Made by a program: the position numbers and the translations under genes | Origin: an uncultured Candidatus Saccharibacteria bacterium | Lineage (GTDB): Bacteria; Patescibacteriota; Minisyncoccia; UBA6257; 1-14-0-10-44-23 | Direction: 5' to 3' | DNA length: 64,000 nucleotides | Assembly (NCBI GenBank): GCA_964641225.1 | Contig: CAZXKC010000001.1 | Span: forward strand, 23,268 to 87,267 | The notes under the pieces: generated by a model | The model's database searches: none | The model's input: only the letters and a program-made list of their open reading frames with translations | What the model was told of the DNA's origin: nothing | In this document: piece after piece, positions 18,674-28,048 of the stretch | Position numbering within the stretch: the stretch's first letter is position 1 | Layout: every line of letters begins with the position of its first letter

Positions 18674-19735
18674 ATGAAAGACGCGCGTGTTAATCCTTCC
18701 GAGGCAATAGAGATATTTTCTCTATTAAAAATAGAGATTGAGGGTTATACTAATTCAGTGTATACCAAGAACTTATATCTCAGTTCGGTGACTCGCAGCC
18801 TTGTCATGCTTACTGATTATTTAAAGCTTTCCTCTTCGATATCGTTAACAGATGCGAATAAGCTTAGCGAAGATTTTTTTTGTGGTTTATTGAATCTTAT
18901 TTTTGGATACAATCTCCAGAACTTAAATTCCGGTAAGCAGAATTATCCCGCAATTGATCTTGGGGATAAAGACAGAAAACTTTCAGTGCAAGTTACTATT
19001 GATAATTCGAGCGAAAAAATCAAAAAAACACTTTCGATTTTTGATGCAAATAATGTTGGAAAAGAATACCAGCGTGTTATTGTGTTTATCGCGGGATATA
19101 AGCAGAAACGTTACAGCGTTGAATTTACAAGTTCGAACATAAATTTTTCAAAAGGTGATGATATTCTAGATCTGAATGATCTAGTTAAATCGATCGCAGC
19201 AAGCGATACTAAAAAAATTTGCGAAATTGATAAATATCTAGAGAAGGAGCTTGTTTCAAAAATTCAAGGATCCAATATTGATCCTACGCGTTTGCTGGAT
19301 GAAGATATTCGAGATATCTTAGGGGCAATATCGGATTTTATTGAGAATAAAAATGAAAAAGTCATTCACAATGAAACTGTTATCGTGCGAGATGAAAATT
19401 TTATTGAAAGAAAAAACGAATTAAATAATATATCGGAAATATTGTTCAATAACGAGATAACGCCCAGCCTAATTTATTCAGAGCAGGTCAAAAATTTTCT
19501 AATTAATCCTATCAATAAAAATCACTTAGCAAAATATCTGTCAATAACTCATAGGATCCAAGTCGATTACAAACGAGGGATGGCGGATCGAAAAATTGAA
19601 GGCGTCGAGTTCGTATTTAGAAAAATTTTCGAAGGTTTGACTGGGCAATATAATAATCGTCATTTAGACAGCACAAAAATCCTTATTGTGCTTCATAATA
19701 TGTATTTTAATTGCGATATCGGGCTGAATCCTTAG
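18674..19735 (+). CDS. Putative effector component of an ABC-three-component (ABC-3C) system, possibly SMEK-domain type
   Basis: 353 aa, AT-rich. First gene of a tightly packed three-gene operon. Domain assignment is from recollection of operon architecture and is tentative. Confidence 0.45.
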   Translation: MKDARVNPSEAIEIFSLLKIEIEGYTNSVYTKNLYLSSVTRSLVMLTDYLKLSSSISLTDANKLSEDFFCGLLNLIFGYNLQNLNSGKQNYPAIDLGDKDRKLSVQVTIDNSSEKIKKTLSIFDANNVGKEYQRVIVFIAGYKQKRYSVEFTSSNINFSKGDDILDLNDLVKSIAASDTKKICEIDKYLEKELVSKIQGSNIDPTRLLDEDIRDILGAISDFIENKNEKVIHNETVIVRDENFIERKNELNNISEILFNNEITPSLIYSEQVKNFLINPINKNHLAKYLSITHRIQVDYKRGMADRKIEGVEFVFRKIFEGLTGQYNNRHLDSTKILIVLHNMYFNCDIGLNP

Positions 19736-19739
19736 TTTT

Positions 19740-19976
19740 ATGCTCAAGCCGACAAAATATACTAATCTTCAAACCTCAGTAGTCTCTCTGGCAGCAGAGA
19801 TTTTGAAGATATTTTCTCATAACAAAGTTTTGCAGTATGATGATCTTTTCAGAAAAATCATTGATAGGAAAGGCAAAGAAGCGAAGGAGAACTTTCTTCT
19901 CGCTCTTAATTTCTTATTTTTGTTAGGCAAAATCGAGTATTACCAAAAGGGTGATTTATTTGAATACCGAAAATGA
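19740..19976 (+). CDS. ABC-3C middle component (small ~78-aa protein)
   Basis: Small ORF sandwiched between the effector and the ATPase. Its stop overlaps the next start in an ATGA junction. Confidence 0.45.
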   Translation: MLKPTKYTNLQTSVVSLAAEILKIFSHNKVLQYDDLFRKIIDRKGKEAKENFLLALNFLFLLGKIEYYQKGDLFEYRK

Positions 19977-21739
19977 AGATTAAGAAAATTTATTCAAACA
20001 ACATAGCAATGCGCCCCATTTTATTTAATGAGGGTTTTTGTGTAGTGTATGGCGATGTTGAAAAGCGCAATGATAGAAACGAACATAATCTTGGCAAGAC
20101 TTCATTGGTGCATTTGATCGATTTTTTGCTTTTAAAAAAGGGCGGGGAAAAGCACAACATTTTTAATAAATATAAAAATAAATTTTCTGGATGGATATTT
20201 TTCATTGAACTTGATTTGGGCAACAGTCAGTATTTAACTATAAAAAGAGGGGTAGATAAATCGAGCGAGGTTTCTTTCAAATCGCATAGTAATTCTAACC
20301 AAGATTTTTCCACAGAGACTAGCTGGGATCGCAAAGATACTAAGCTTTATGCAAAAAAAGAAGAAAATTCTGTAGCGATTTTAGAAGAATATTTAAATTT
20401 TGATGTCGCGGCAGATTATGGGTATAGACATTTTTTGGCATATCTCCTAAGAACACAATATGATTACGTAGATGTTTTTAAGATGAACCAATTTGAAGGT
20501 AAGGACGTTGACTGGAAACCCCACCTTTTTAGTCTTCTGGGGTATTCCGATCAGAATGTATTAAAAAAATATCGAATTGATATTGAAATCGGCAACATCA
20601 GAAATATTTTAAAAACAATTGTTGGGGGATCTGATTTTATAAATCAGACATATACGATAAAGGCTGCTATCGCTGAAAGAGAGAAAGAGAAGAAGCAAGC
20701 GCAAGATAGTTTAGATAAATTTGATTTCTATATGAGAGAGGCGAAGCTCAACAAGGAGTTAATTGAAGAAATCGAATCTGGCATATCAAGATTCAACTCT
20801 GAAAGATATAGGATTGAATACGAAATCAATAAAATTAAAGTTTCTTTAGAAAATGGCCCCACTTTTTCATTGGAAGAAATAAAAAAGGTGTTTGATGAAA
20901 CTAAGCTATATTTTCCTGATGATCTTAAGAAGGGTTATCAAGAAGTTATCGAATTTAACACTAATCTTTCCGCTGAGCGATCCAAGTATCTGAAGGAGAT
21001 GCTAAAGAACAATTTAGATTATTTGTCGGAGATTAAAGCAAAGCTCGAAGATCTTAACAAAAACAGGCAGCAGGTTCTGGCTGTTTTAAGAGAGGGCGAT
21101 ACTTTCAAAAAGTATAAGGCATTGCAAGAAAACATCGGCAAGATTAATGAACAAATTCATCAGTATGGAGAAAAATTAAAGAGTCTCGACACTGCCGAAA
21201 ATTATAACCAGAAAAAATCTCTTTTAAGAGATGAGTCGAAGCAAGCTGCAAAGTTAGTCAAGGAAACTATTGATCAGGGAAGTGAAATTTTTGATTCTAT
21301 AAAACAGCTGTTTACGGAAATTTATAAAGATACTATGGAAAACACTGCCGTGCTAGTCGTTCGACCAAACTCAGAGGGTAATCCAGAATTCGAAGCAAAG
21401 ACCTTAGGCGAAGATCCTGATCAATTGACCGGTAAAAGCGAAGGATACACATCTACGAAAGTACAATGCGCAGCTTTTGTTCTAGCCATTTTAGCCGTCT
21501 ATTCTTCTTTGGGTAAAAGATTTTTTAAATTCGCCTATTATGATGGCTTATTCGAGGGATGGGGCGATAATCCGAAAATTAAATTTATCGAGACTATAAG
21601 AGATTTTTCTGATAAGTATGATATCCAATACATCGTTAGTATGATTAAAAGTGATGTACCCGTAGGTTTTGAGTTTAATGAAGGAGAAGAAATAGCAAAA
21701 TTAGATACCGAGCATACTCTCTTTGGTATTAATTTTTAA
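19973..21739 (+). CDS. ABC-3C system ABC-type ATPase with a long coiled-coil insertion (SMC/Rad50-like architecture, DUF2326-like)
   Basis: Degenerate N-terminal P-loop (NLGKTSLVHL), a ~250-aa E/K-rich coiled-coil middle, and a C-terminal segment with a Walker-B-like hhhhDG motif (KFAYYDGLFEGW). Confidence 0.55.
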   Translation: MKIKKIYSNNIAMRPILFNEGFCVVYGDVEKRNDRNEHNLGKTSLVHLIDFLLLKKGGEKHNIFNKYKNKFSGWIFFIELDLGNSQYLTIKRGVDKSSEVSFKSHSNSNQDFSTETSWDRKDTKLYAKKEENSVAILEEYLNFDVAADYGYRHFLAYLLRTQYDYVDVFKMNQFEGKDVDWKPHLFSLLGYSDQNVLKKYRIDIEIGNIRNILKTIVGGSDFINQTYTIKAAIAEREKEKKQAQDSLDKFDFYMREAKLNKELIEEIESGISRFNSERYRIEYEINKIKVSLENGPTFSLEEIKKVFDETKLYFPDDLKKGYQEVIEFNTNLSAERSKYLKEMLKNNLDYLSEIKAKLEDLNKNRQQVLAVLREGDTFKKYKALQENIGKINEQIHQYGEKLKSLDTAENYNQKKSLLRDESKQAAKLVKETIDQGSEIFDSIKQLFTEIYKDTMENTAVLVVRPNSEGNPEFEAKTLGEDPDQLTGKSEGYTSTKVQCAAFVLAILAVYSSLGKRFFKFAYYDGLFEGWGDNPKIKFIETIRDFSDKYDIQYIVSMIKSDVPVGFEFNEGEEIAKLDTEHTLFGINF

Positions 21740-21768
21740 AGTTACCCAATTCTTTAAATCAGAAATAT

Positions 21769-23121
21769 TTATGCCTGGATTCGCATGCAGATCAACTTGT
21801 CCTTGACCTCGATCTTGCTTTTGATGCAGGCAATAATCTCCCTCTTTTCGTCCTTTGTTCCGTTAAGAAGGGTATGCTTTACGTAGTTTCGGACATCGGC
21901 ATCGCACGTTGCCCGATCAAATTCAGTTTCACGGCCAAGCACCGTGTAGCTGAACTTTTTATAATGGTTGATTTCTTTCTCAATTTTTTCTTTGATCGCA
22001 ATTTCGTCTACGTCAATTTTATCAATCAGGCGGACAAGCTGCTGCGCTAGATCCTCCTCGCGGATCGGTTTCTGTTTACAGTAGCGGTCACGCGATTTGG
22101 TGCAGTGATAGTAGACATATCGATTCTGGCCACCATCTTTAAGCTTTTTGAATTTTTCCTCTGCTGTTATCCCTGACTCGCAGCCACCGCAATAAAACAA
22201 GCGGGTAAAGTTAAATTCATTCGTGCCAGGGTGCCGCCGTGCTGGCATAAGCATGTTAGCCCTCGCTTTTAGGTAGAGATCTTTATCAATAATCGGATCA
22301 TGCGCTCCCTTATACCATTTGCCGCTTCCAACAGGGTATTCGAACTCTCCGTAGTAGAAGGTATCTTGGAGAATTCTGAAAATCCCGCTCAATGCAATCC
22401 TTTTGCCGGATCGAGTCGTAATATTTTTTTCTTGCGTTAGCCAAGTGTATAAATCCCTGCCACTCGCATTTTCGTAAGCCACCTTCTCAAACATCTCCTT
22501 TACTATCGGTCCACGAATCGGATCAATCGTCATTTTCTTTTGACCCTTATCCGCAAACTTATCGTGCAGATACCCAATAGGTGGCAATCCTGGCCGCCAC
22601 CCCATTTCGCACTTTGCTCGTAGTCCTCGCTTCACATTTTCACCTTTATGGTCATTTTCCAATTTTGCCTGACTGCACAGAATCATAAGCAAGAATTTTT
22701 CGTTCGGTGAATTCGTAAATCTTTGGCCATGAGTTCTGATATCAACTAGAGCTTTTTGGTCCATCAGATCAACGATACTGCCAAGGTCGCCCGCATTTCT
22801 GCTAATACGAGATGGATCCCACGCGATAATACCGTTGAACATACCCTTGCGGATATCAACGATCATCTGTTGGAATACAGGTCGTTGTCCTGACTCTTTT
22901 GCCGAATGAGATTCGCGGCGCACCTCGGCAACCTCGATACCTTCGCGCGCTGCCATCGCTAACATTTCGTTGATCTGCGAATCAATGGAGAGAGCCTGTA
23001 ATTCGTCCTGTTCGCTAGATTTTCTGGCATACAGGCAATACCTGACGTTTATTTGAGGTTGTTCCTTCCTTTGGACGCCAACTCCCGGCACATCTTTTAA
23101 TTGTGTATTTTCCATATACAC
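21769..23121 (-). CDS. Large serine recombinase (paralog of the 30660-32258 gene)
   Basis: YARKSSEQDELQALSIDSQ catalytic motif. Shares FYYGEFEYP and YYHCTK motifs with the third recombinase. Confidence 0.85.
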   Translation of the reverse strand: MYMENTQLKDVPGVGVQRKEQPQINVRYCLYARKSSEQDELQALSIDSQINEMLAMAAREGIEVAEVRRESHSAKESGQRPVFQQMIVDIRKGMFNGIIAWDPSRISRNAGDLGSIVDLMDQKALVDIRTHGQRFTNSPNEKFLLMILCSQAKLENDHKGENVKRGLRAKCEMGWRPGLPPIGYLHDKFADKGQKKMTIDPIRGPIVKEMFEKVAYENASGRDLYTWLTQEKNITTRSGKRIALSGIFRILQDTFYYGEFEYPVGSGKWYKGAHDPIIDKDLYLKARANMLMPARRHPGTNEFNFTRLFYCGGCESGITAEEKFKKLKDGGQNRYVYYHCTKSRDRYCKQKPIREEDLAQQLVRLIDKIDVDEIAIKEKIEKEINHYKKFSYTVLGRETEFDRATCDADVRNYVKHTLLNGTKDEKREIIACIKSKIEVKDKLICMRIQA

Positions 23122-23181
23122 AATGAATGACGCAGCGCATCTACGAAGTCTAGACCCGTCCCATCTCCGTCAGTTGGTAAC

Positions 23182-23616
23182 TTATTTCTTCCAGAAAACG
23201 CGCCCTGTGATTACAAACGAAAGGATTCCAATTGGAGCTGTCAAAATTAAGAGTAGCGATACAACTAACGGCAAACTAAGCCATGCAGTAAGGCCGGCAT
23301 TCTTATGAATGGTGATGAGCAGAATCGGAAAAATGAAAACTCCAATTCCAAAAAGAAGCGATCTATTAATTAGTTTCAGAAAATCAGTTCGTATTTTTTC
23401 TTTGAAGATTTCAAAAAGAAAGTACGTTGCAATATACATTCCAGCGACTAGGGACCAATCAAGTAGCGTGTTATTTGATTTTGTGGGGTCATTTTTTGCT
23501 ATCTCAGATAATGCGACAACAAGACCCGGGAAAAAGACCGCAACCACCAATGCGAGATTGAGTCTATTCTGTACTTCATTAACTAATTCTTGGTGCTTTT
23601 TGGCAACTTTATCCAT
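23182..23616 (-). CDS. Four-TM membrane protein (144 aa), hypothetical
   Basis: Multiple hydrophobic helices. Confidence 0.45.
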   Translation of the reverse strand: MDKVAKKHQELVNEVQNRLNLALVVAVFFPGLVVALSEIAKNDPTKSNNTLLDWSLVAGMYIATYFLFEIFKEKIRTDFLKLINRSLLFGIGVFIFPILLITIHKNAGLTAWLSLPLVVSLLLILTAPIGILSFVITGRVFWKK

Positions 23617-23765
23617 GGGGACGATAATACGCTGGAAACAAGCTATAGTCTAGAAATACTAGCTTGTTGGTAACTAAGGCTTCGCAAGCCTCCGATACTA
23701 AGCTAGGGTACTGGCAGCGCAACAGGTTTCGCGCTAAAATCTCATTAACAACTTAATAGGAAGAG

Positions 23766-23900
23766 CAGCCTAACCCGCGTGGGCAACCACGCGGTATGGC
23801 TCAAAATCGTTGAACACAAAAAGCTCCTAGTCAGAGCGTGTTCAACGTCGTACGCCGAAAGGTGTACGGGCCCGCAAGGGTATCTGGCTGGGGGCTTTTT
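23766..23900 (+). ncRNA. Candidate structured RNA / leader element, copy B, upstream of the zinc-ribbon membrane protein gene
   Basis: Same architecture as copy A: cgcgtgg-GCAA-ccacgcg, long-range stem cgttgaacac/gtgttcaacg, cgtacgcc-GAAA-ggtgtacg and gccc-GCAA-gggt. Ends in ggctgggggcttttt. Confidence 0.4.
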
Positions 23901-23937
23901 ATTTCCCTCAGTTAATTATTCATTAATCATTAACCGT

Positions 23938-24459
23938 ATGGATCAGAAAACTAAGCAGTGTCCGAAGTGCAAGATGGAGATTCCGTTCAAGGCAACAAGA
24001 TGCCCTCATTGCAGAGCTGGTCAGCACAGTAAATTAGCCGTCATATTGGCAGTTATTATTTTCGGGTCGCTCTTCATCCTTTTCCTCAGCGACATGTTCT
24101 CAAGTGATACGCCCGCCCCAACGCCAACTATTCCTGAGTTTGTAGAAACTGTTTCTGCGATACGACTCATGAATGCCTATAAGGAAAACGAAGTAGCTGC
24201 GGACAGCCAATATAAGGGCCACCTTGTCGAAGTTCACGGCACTATCGATACCATCGGGAAGGATATCTTGGACACACCGTATGTGAGCCTCAAAGCAAGC
24301 TACAATCAGTACGACTTTGGTACAGTACAGTGCATGTTCGACAAGAACAGCCAATCCCAGCTCGCCTCGCTTTCCAAGGGCACTGAAATCACCCTCCATG
24401 GACGCGTCAGTGGCAAGCTGGGAAATGTCATCGTTCGGGACTGCTCTATAGTCCCTTAA
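23938..24459 (+). CDS. Zinc-ribbon plus single-TM protein with a C-terminal OB-fold-like extracytoplasmic domain
   Basis: N-terminal CPKC...CPHC zinc ribbon, a TM helix (LAVILAVIIFGSLFILFL), then a ~120-aa domain. The Met at 23938 was chosen because the upstream part of the ORF is the RNA element. Confidence 0.5.
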   Translation: MDQKTKQCPKCKMEIPFKATRCPHCRAGQHSKLAVILAVIIFGSLFILFLSDMFSSDTPAPTPTIPEFVETVSAIRLMNAYKENEVAADSQYKGHLVEVHGTIDTIGKDILDTPYVSLKASYNQYDFGTVQCMFDKNSQSQLASLSKGTEITLHGRVSGKLGNVIVRDCSIVP

Positions 24460-24947
24460 TCTTCCGTTTCTGAGTCTTCCGCAATCTTGTCATCCCCAAG
24501 CTCTGACCAATCTTCATTCTTAGCGGTACCCATAATACTGGCGAATGCTTTGACTGCTCGCTGAATCTCTTCTAGTCGTTCAGGAGACAGCGGTTTATTC
24601 AGGCGTACCAACTCATCAAATCGTTCGCGCTCTTCCTTTGCCAGTGGTTCCATGAAGATTGAACGCACCGGGATATACCGCTTGTCGTTATGGATCAAGA
24701 AAAACTTAATCGCAGCCATATTGCCGTCTTTAACATTCTTCAGGAGAGCCGACTCAGCCATGTCGACCCAGACGGAACGGCCAACGAGAATTGCATCATC
24801 AACTCGCACCTTAAAGAGCTCATCCTCCTTCATCCACCTATATACGGTGGTACGTCCAATACCTGATTTCTTGCAGGCGTAGTTGATCTGCGGAGCCTCC
24901 TCAAGTATTTCAAGAAACTTGAGTTTCTCCTTTGCGCTCTTTGCCAT
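24456..24947 (-). CDS. HTH DNA-binding protein resembling a phage terminase small subunit / Psq-type HTH
   Basis: LKFLEILEEAPQINYACKKSGIGRTTVYRWMKEDELF helix-turn-helix at the N-terminus, with an acidic C-terminal tail. Confidence 0.45.
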   Translation of the reverse strand: MAKSAKEKLKFLEILEEAPQINYACKKSGIGRTTVYRWMKEDELFKVRVDDAILVGRSVWVDMAESALLKNVKDGNMAAIKFFLIHNDKRYIPVRSIFMEPLAKEERERFDELVRLNKPLSPERLEEIQRAVKAFASIMGTAKNEDWSELGDDKIAEDSETED

Positions 24948-26265
24948 ATATCTTCACACGCTTCTTACCTGAATACTTCTCCCAACGGTGCATGATGACC
25001 TCTGCGTACGTTGGTGATTTCTCCATGATGAAGCAACGACGCCCGATCATGTTGGAGGCAATTAAAGTGCTACCGCTACCACCAAACGGCTCTAAGACGA
25101 GCTGACCCCGCTTGGTAAGGACCTTGATATATGGGATGAGAATCTCAGTGGGCTTTACGCCAAAGATGATAGCCTGGCCCGATGACTTCTCATCTGCGGC
25201 ATTGAAATCTACGAAGTCAGTTGGGCAGTACTTCTTACCTTTGCCATACGCTTCCCAGTGCGGACTGCCTGAGATGGCAAAAAGCGCCGTCTGATATTCG
25301 TTCATCACCAGCTCGTTTTCGTCCTGTAGATTGAGTCCTGAATGAGGTTCGCTGGTACCGACCATAGCGATGTCGTGTTTGGAGAAGAGCTTGTGCTTGC
25401 CGGAGTAGCCCTGATTTCGATTAGGCAGCCGCCAAACAATCATGTTGCGGACTTTCCAGTGTTTCTCGATCTCACCCCAGATCTCTCTAAGGTTCTTCCA
25501 GTTCTCGTAACAGATGATGGAGAAATCTTTAGCCTGCACCTTCGCCACGTTATTCATCCAGAGAGTCGTGAAGTCTTCAGGTAAGACATCAGTTTCTAGA
25601 TAACGGCGGTTTTTCTTGGTACCAAAACCAACCGTCGGCTTACCGTTACGGGTTTTACCTTTTAAGTAATCGAGGCGGTACGGAGGATCAGTCATGACCA
25701 TATCCGCCTTCTCATTACCCATGAGTGCGAGCATGTCAGCCTCTATGGTGCTGTCACCGACCATGAGGCGAGAACCATCCAGATCGTATATGTCACCCTT
25801 CTGTGCGGCGATGCTGGTGATGTTAAGCTTGTCGAGCTCCTCCTGCAGATCAAATTCCTGTTCAACTTTCTCTTCTTCAAAGATTCCATCCAGTTCTTCA
25901 GAACCAAAGCCGACGTCAGCCAAGAATGACTCATCAAACTCAGCAAGTAACTCAAGGTCAAATTCACCCTGGTTTTTGTTGAGACGAAGATTGAGCTCCT
26001 TCTCCTTGGCGAGGTCAGGAATATTCACGAACACTACGGGTACCTCTGCGTATCCAAGCTCTTGGAGAACAGAGAGTCGAAAGTTTCCGCCGATCAAGAT
26101 ATTCTCTCGACCCTTGCCGTTATTCACGATGAGTGGGTCAACGACGCCAAAGCGTTTAATGCTCTCCTGTAAGCCAGCAGCCTGCTCTTTGTTGTGCTTA
26201 CGTGGATTGTACTCGGCTGGCTTCAACTGCGAGAGCGGGACGTACACTACTTCTAATTTTTGCAT
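24910..26265 (-). CDS. ParB-like nuclease domain fused to a DNA N6-adenine/N4-cytosine methyltransferase (phage-type orphan MTase)
   Basis: N-terminal ParB box (LKPAEYNPRKH...GNFRL). Methyltransferase motif IV DPPY (MVMTDPPYRLDY) and motif I FGGSGSTLIAS. Confidence 0.8.
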   Translation of the reverse strand: MQKLEVVYVPLSQLKPAEYNPRKHNKEQAAGLQESIKRFGVVDPLIVNNGKGRENILIGGNFRLSVLQELGYAEVPVVFVNIPDLAKEKELNLRLNKNQGEFDLELLAEFDESFLADVGFGSEELDGIFEEEKVEQEFDLQEELDKLNITSIAAQKGDIYDLDGSRLMVGDSTIEADMLALMGNEKADMVMTDPPYRLDYLKGKTRNGKPTVGFGTKKNRRYLETDVLPEDFTTLWMNNVAKVQAKDFSIICYENWKNLREIWGEIEKHWKVRNMIVWRLPNRNQGYSGKHKLFSKHDIAMVGTSEPHSGLNLQDENELVMNEYQTALFAISGSPHWEAYGKGKKYCPTDFVDFNAADEKSSGQAIIFGVKPTEILIPYIKVLTKRGQLVLEPFGGSGSTLIASNMIGRRCFIMEKSPTYAEVIMHRWEKYSGKKRVKIYGKERKGETQVS

Positions 26266-26536
26266 ACCTAAAATAGCTGATTATTTTTTTAATCAATTTA
26301 GGTCGCAGTTTCGGTAGTCAAAATAAAAACGGCTGCGAGCTACAGAGTGGGAAGGCCAATGATCGACGCGCCTTACTCTTTGCTTTCAACCGTTACGGTA
26401 CAAACTAGGAATTGCTTTAATTTTAGTCCTTTTAATTATTCTGTCAATTTATCCGGATCAGCTTTTTTTCAAAATACCAGCTTCGAGGTAGTTCATTGAA
26501 AATATTGAGGAAAACGGAGATAATGAGGTTACTTAT

Positions 26537-26878
26537 ATGGGTGTTTTTGACGAATTAAAATCCGTTGGCAAAGTTCTTCAGGAGGCTGGTAAAATTGAGC
26601 AATATCAGCAGATTTTGGATGCGCAGCAGAAAATGCTTGAAATGCAAAAGAAAGTTGCTGATCTTGAACAGGAAAATAGAGGGCTAAAAGAAAGATTGAA
26701 TCTTAAGGAGCAGCTTGTTCATAGGGCAGAGGTTTATTACATTAAAAAAGCGAATTCAGAAGAAGGTCCTTTCTGCGCTAAATGCTTCGATGTAGACGAA
26801 AAATTGGTTCACATGACGCAATGGAATGAAAAATGCAAGAAGTGCCCCAATTGCGATAAGGTATTTCAGATTATGTAA
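26537..26878 (+). CDS. Coiled-coil protein with a C-terminal zinc ribbon (113 aa), hypothetical
   Basis: Heptad-rich N-terminus and C-terminal CAKC...CPNC. Confidence 0.4.
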   Translation: MGVFDELKSVGKVLQEAGKIEQYQQILDAQQKMLEMQKKVADLEQENRGLKERLNLKEQLVHRAEVYYIKKANSEEGPFCAKCFDVDEKLVHMTQWNEKCKKCPNCDKVFQIM

Positions 26879-26880
26879 TT

Positions 26881-27438
26881 ATGAAAATTCCTTGGTCAGA
26901 TCGCAAAAAAGCTTTGATCGTGGTTGATGTGCAGCCTGGTTTCATGAACGCTCGCGACAGTGGGAATATTTTGGTAGTTGGATTTGCCAGACCAGATGAA
27001 GAAATCCCTAAGCGGTTTGAAGAAGAAAAAGCTCGCATATTGCAGCGAGTAGGCGACAGAAAGATTACTGTTATACTTGCTTCAACGAACAATCTTATTG
27101 ATCAAGCAAAACAGGCTCACGCTATAGATATCATCGGCGGTGAAACCGAGAAACTAATGGAAACCTTAAAGCGATTTCCTGATTTTACTGAAGCTATTAA
27201 AGGGAAAACAGTTGGGGGATCCTCAGCCGGTGCGTATATACTCTCCAGGTATTATCATTCTGCGTCGAGTGATACCGTTTATGAAGGCTTTGGGTTAGTG
27301 CCTGTTCGCGTAATCTGTCATTATGGGAGCGATAAGTTCGAAACGAGAGGTAATCCTATGGAGCAGATGAAAAAATATCCTGAGAATTTAGAACTTGTTA
27401 CATTGCGAGACTGCGAATGGCGAGTTTTTAATATCTAA
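26881..27438 (+). CDS. Peptidase S51-like / class-I glutamine-amidotransferase-like hydrolase
   Basis: KITVILAST...IIGGET...GGSSAGAYI...ICHYG matches the dipeptidase-E nucleophile-elbow pattern. Tentative. Confidence 0.4.
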   Translation: MKIPWSDRKKALIVVDVQPGFMNARDSGNILVVGFARPDEEIPKRFEEEKARILQRVGDRKITVILASTNNLIDQAKQAHAIDIIGGETEKLMETLKRFPDFTEAIKGKTVGGSSAGAYILSRYYHSASSDTVYEGFGLVPVRVICHYGSDKFETRGNPMEQMKKYPENLELVTLRDCEWRVFNI

Positions 27439-27456
27439 GATTTACATATTACTTAT

Positions 27457-28044
27457 ATGGCAGAGATAAAGGTTTTAATTGAAGGATACGCTAAGAAACT
27501 CCAAAACGGCTGGGTAGCCAGTTCGACAGTTTGCTTGATTGCCGCAAATGGTAAGAGGATTATTACCGACCCTGGTTGTAACCGTTTTAAATTGCTCGAA
27601 GCTTTGGAGAAAGAGAATTTTAAAACTGGCGATATAGATTATGTTTTTATATCACACGCTCACCCCGATCACTCGTTACTCGCAGGAATTTTTGAAAATG
27701 CTAAATCAGTCACCTATGATTCAAATTTGATCTACGATAACGATTCATTGTCTGAATTTAATGAAAATTCATTAGGCCCTGATATTAAAATTGTGCAAAC
27801 GCCCGGGCACATGCTTGAACATATTTCTTTACTTGTCACCACTGAACAAGGAAAAGTAGCGATTGCGGGCGATGCCATCTGGTGGCTTGATGGCGAAGAG
27901 CAAAAATTCTCCGTTGATCAACCAGATCATTCGCAGGCCAAGGGTATGAACATGGAAACTTTAATCGAAAGCAGAAAAAAACTTATTGCGCTTGCTGACT
28001 ATGTTATTCCTGGTCACGGGAAAATGTTTAAGATAAGCAAATAA
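27457..28044 (+). CDS. MBL-fold metallo-hydrolase
   Basis: HxHxDH motif (ISHAHPDHS) plus downstream His and Asp ligands. Confidence 0.7.
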   Translation: MAEIKVLIEGYAKKLQNGWVASSTVCLIAANGKRIITDPGCNRFKLLEALEKENFKTGDIDYVFISHAHPDHSLLAGIFENAKSVTYDSNLIYDNDSLSEFNENSLGPDIKIVQTPGHMLEHISLLVTTEQGKVAIAGDAIWWLDGEEQKFSVDQPDHSQAKGMNMETLIESRKKLIALADYVIPGHGKMFKISK

Positions 28045-28048
28045 ATAA

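Noticed and set aside
10921-23900. Interpretation of the two structured elements as integron-like attC recombination sites or attL/attR duplicates
   Set aside because: The islands use serine recombinases, not IntI. The elements have multiple GNRA-capped helices rather than a single bulged hairpin. They are too diverged, with compensatory changes, to be recent att duplications.
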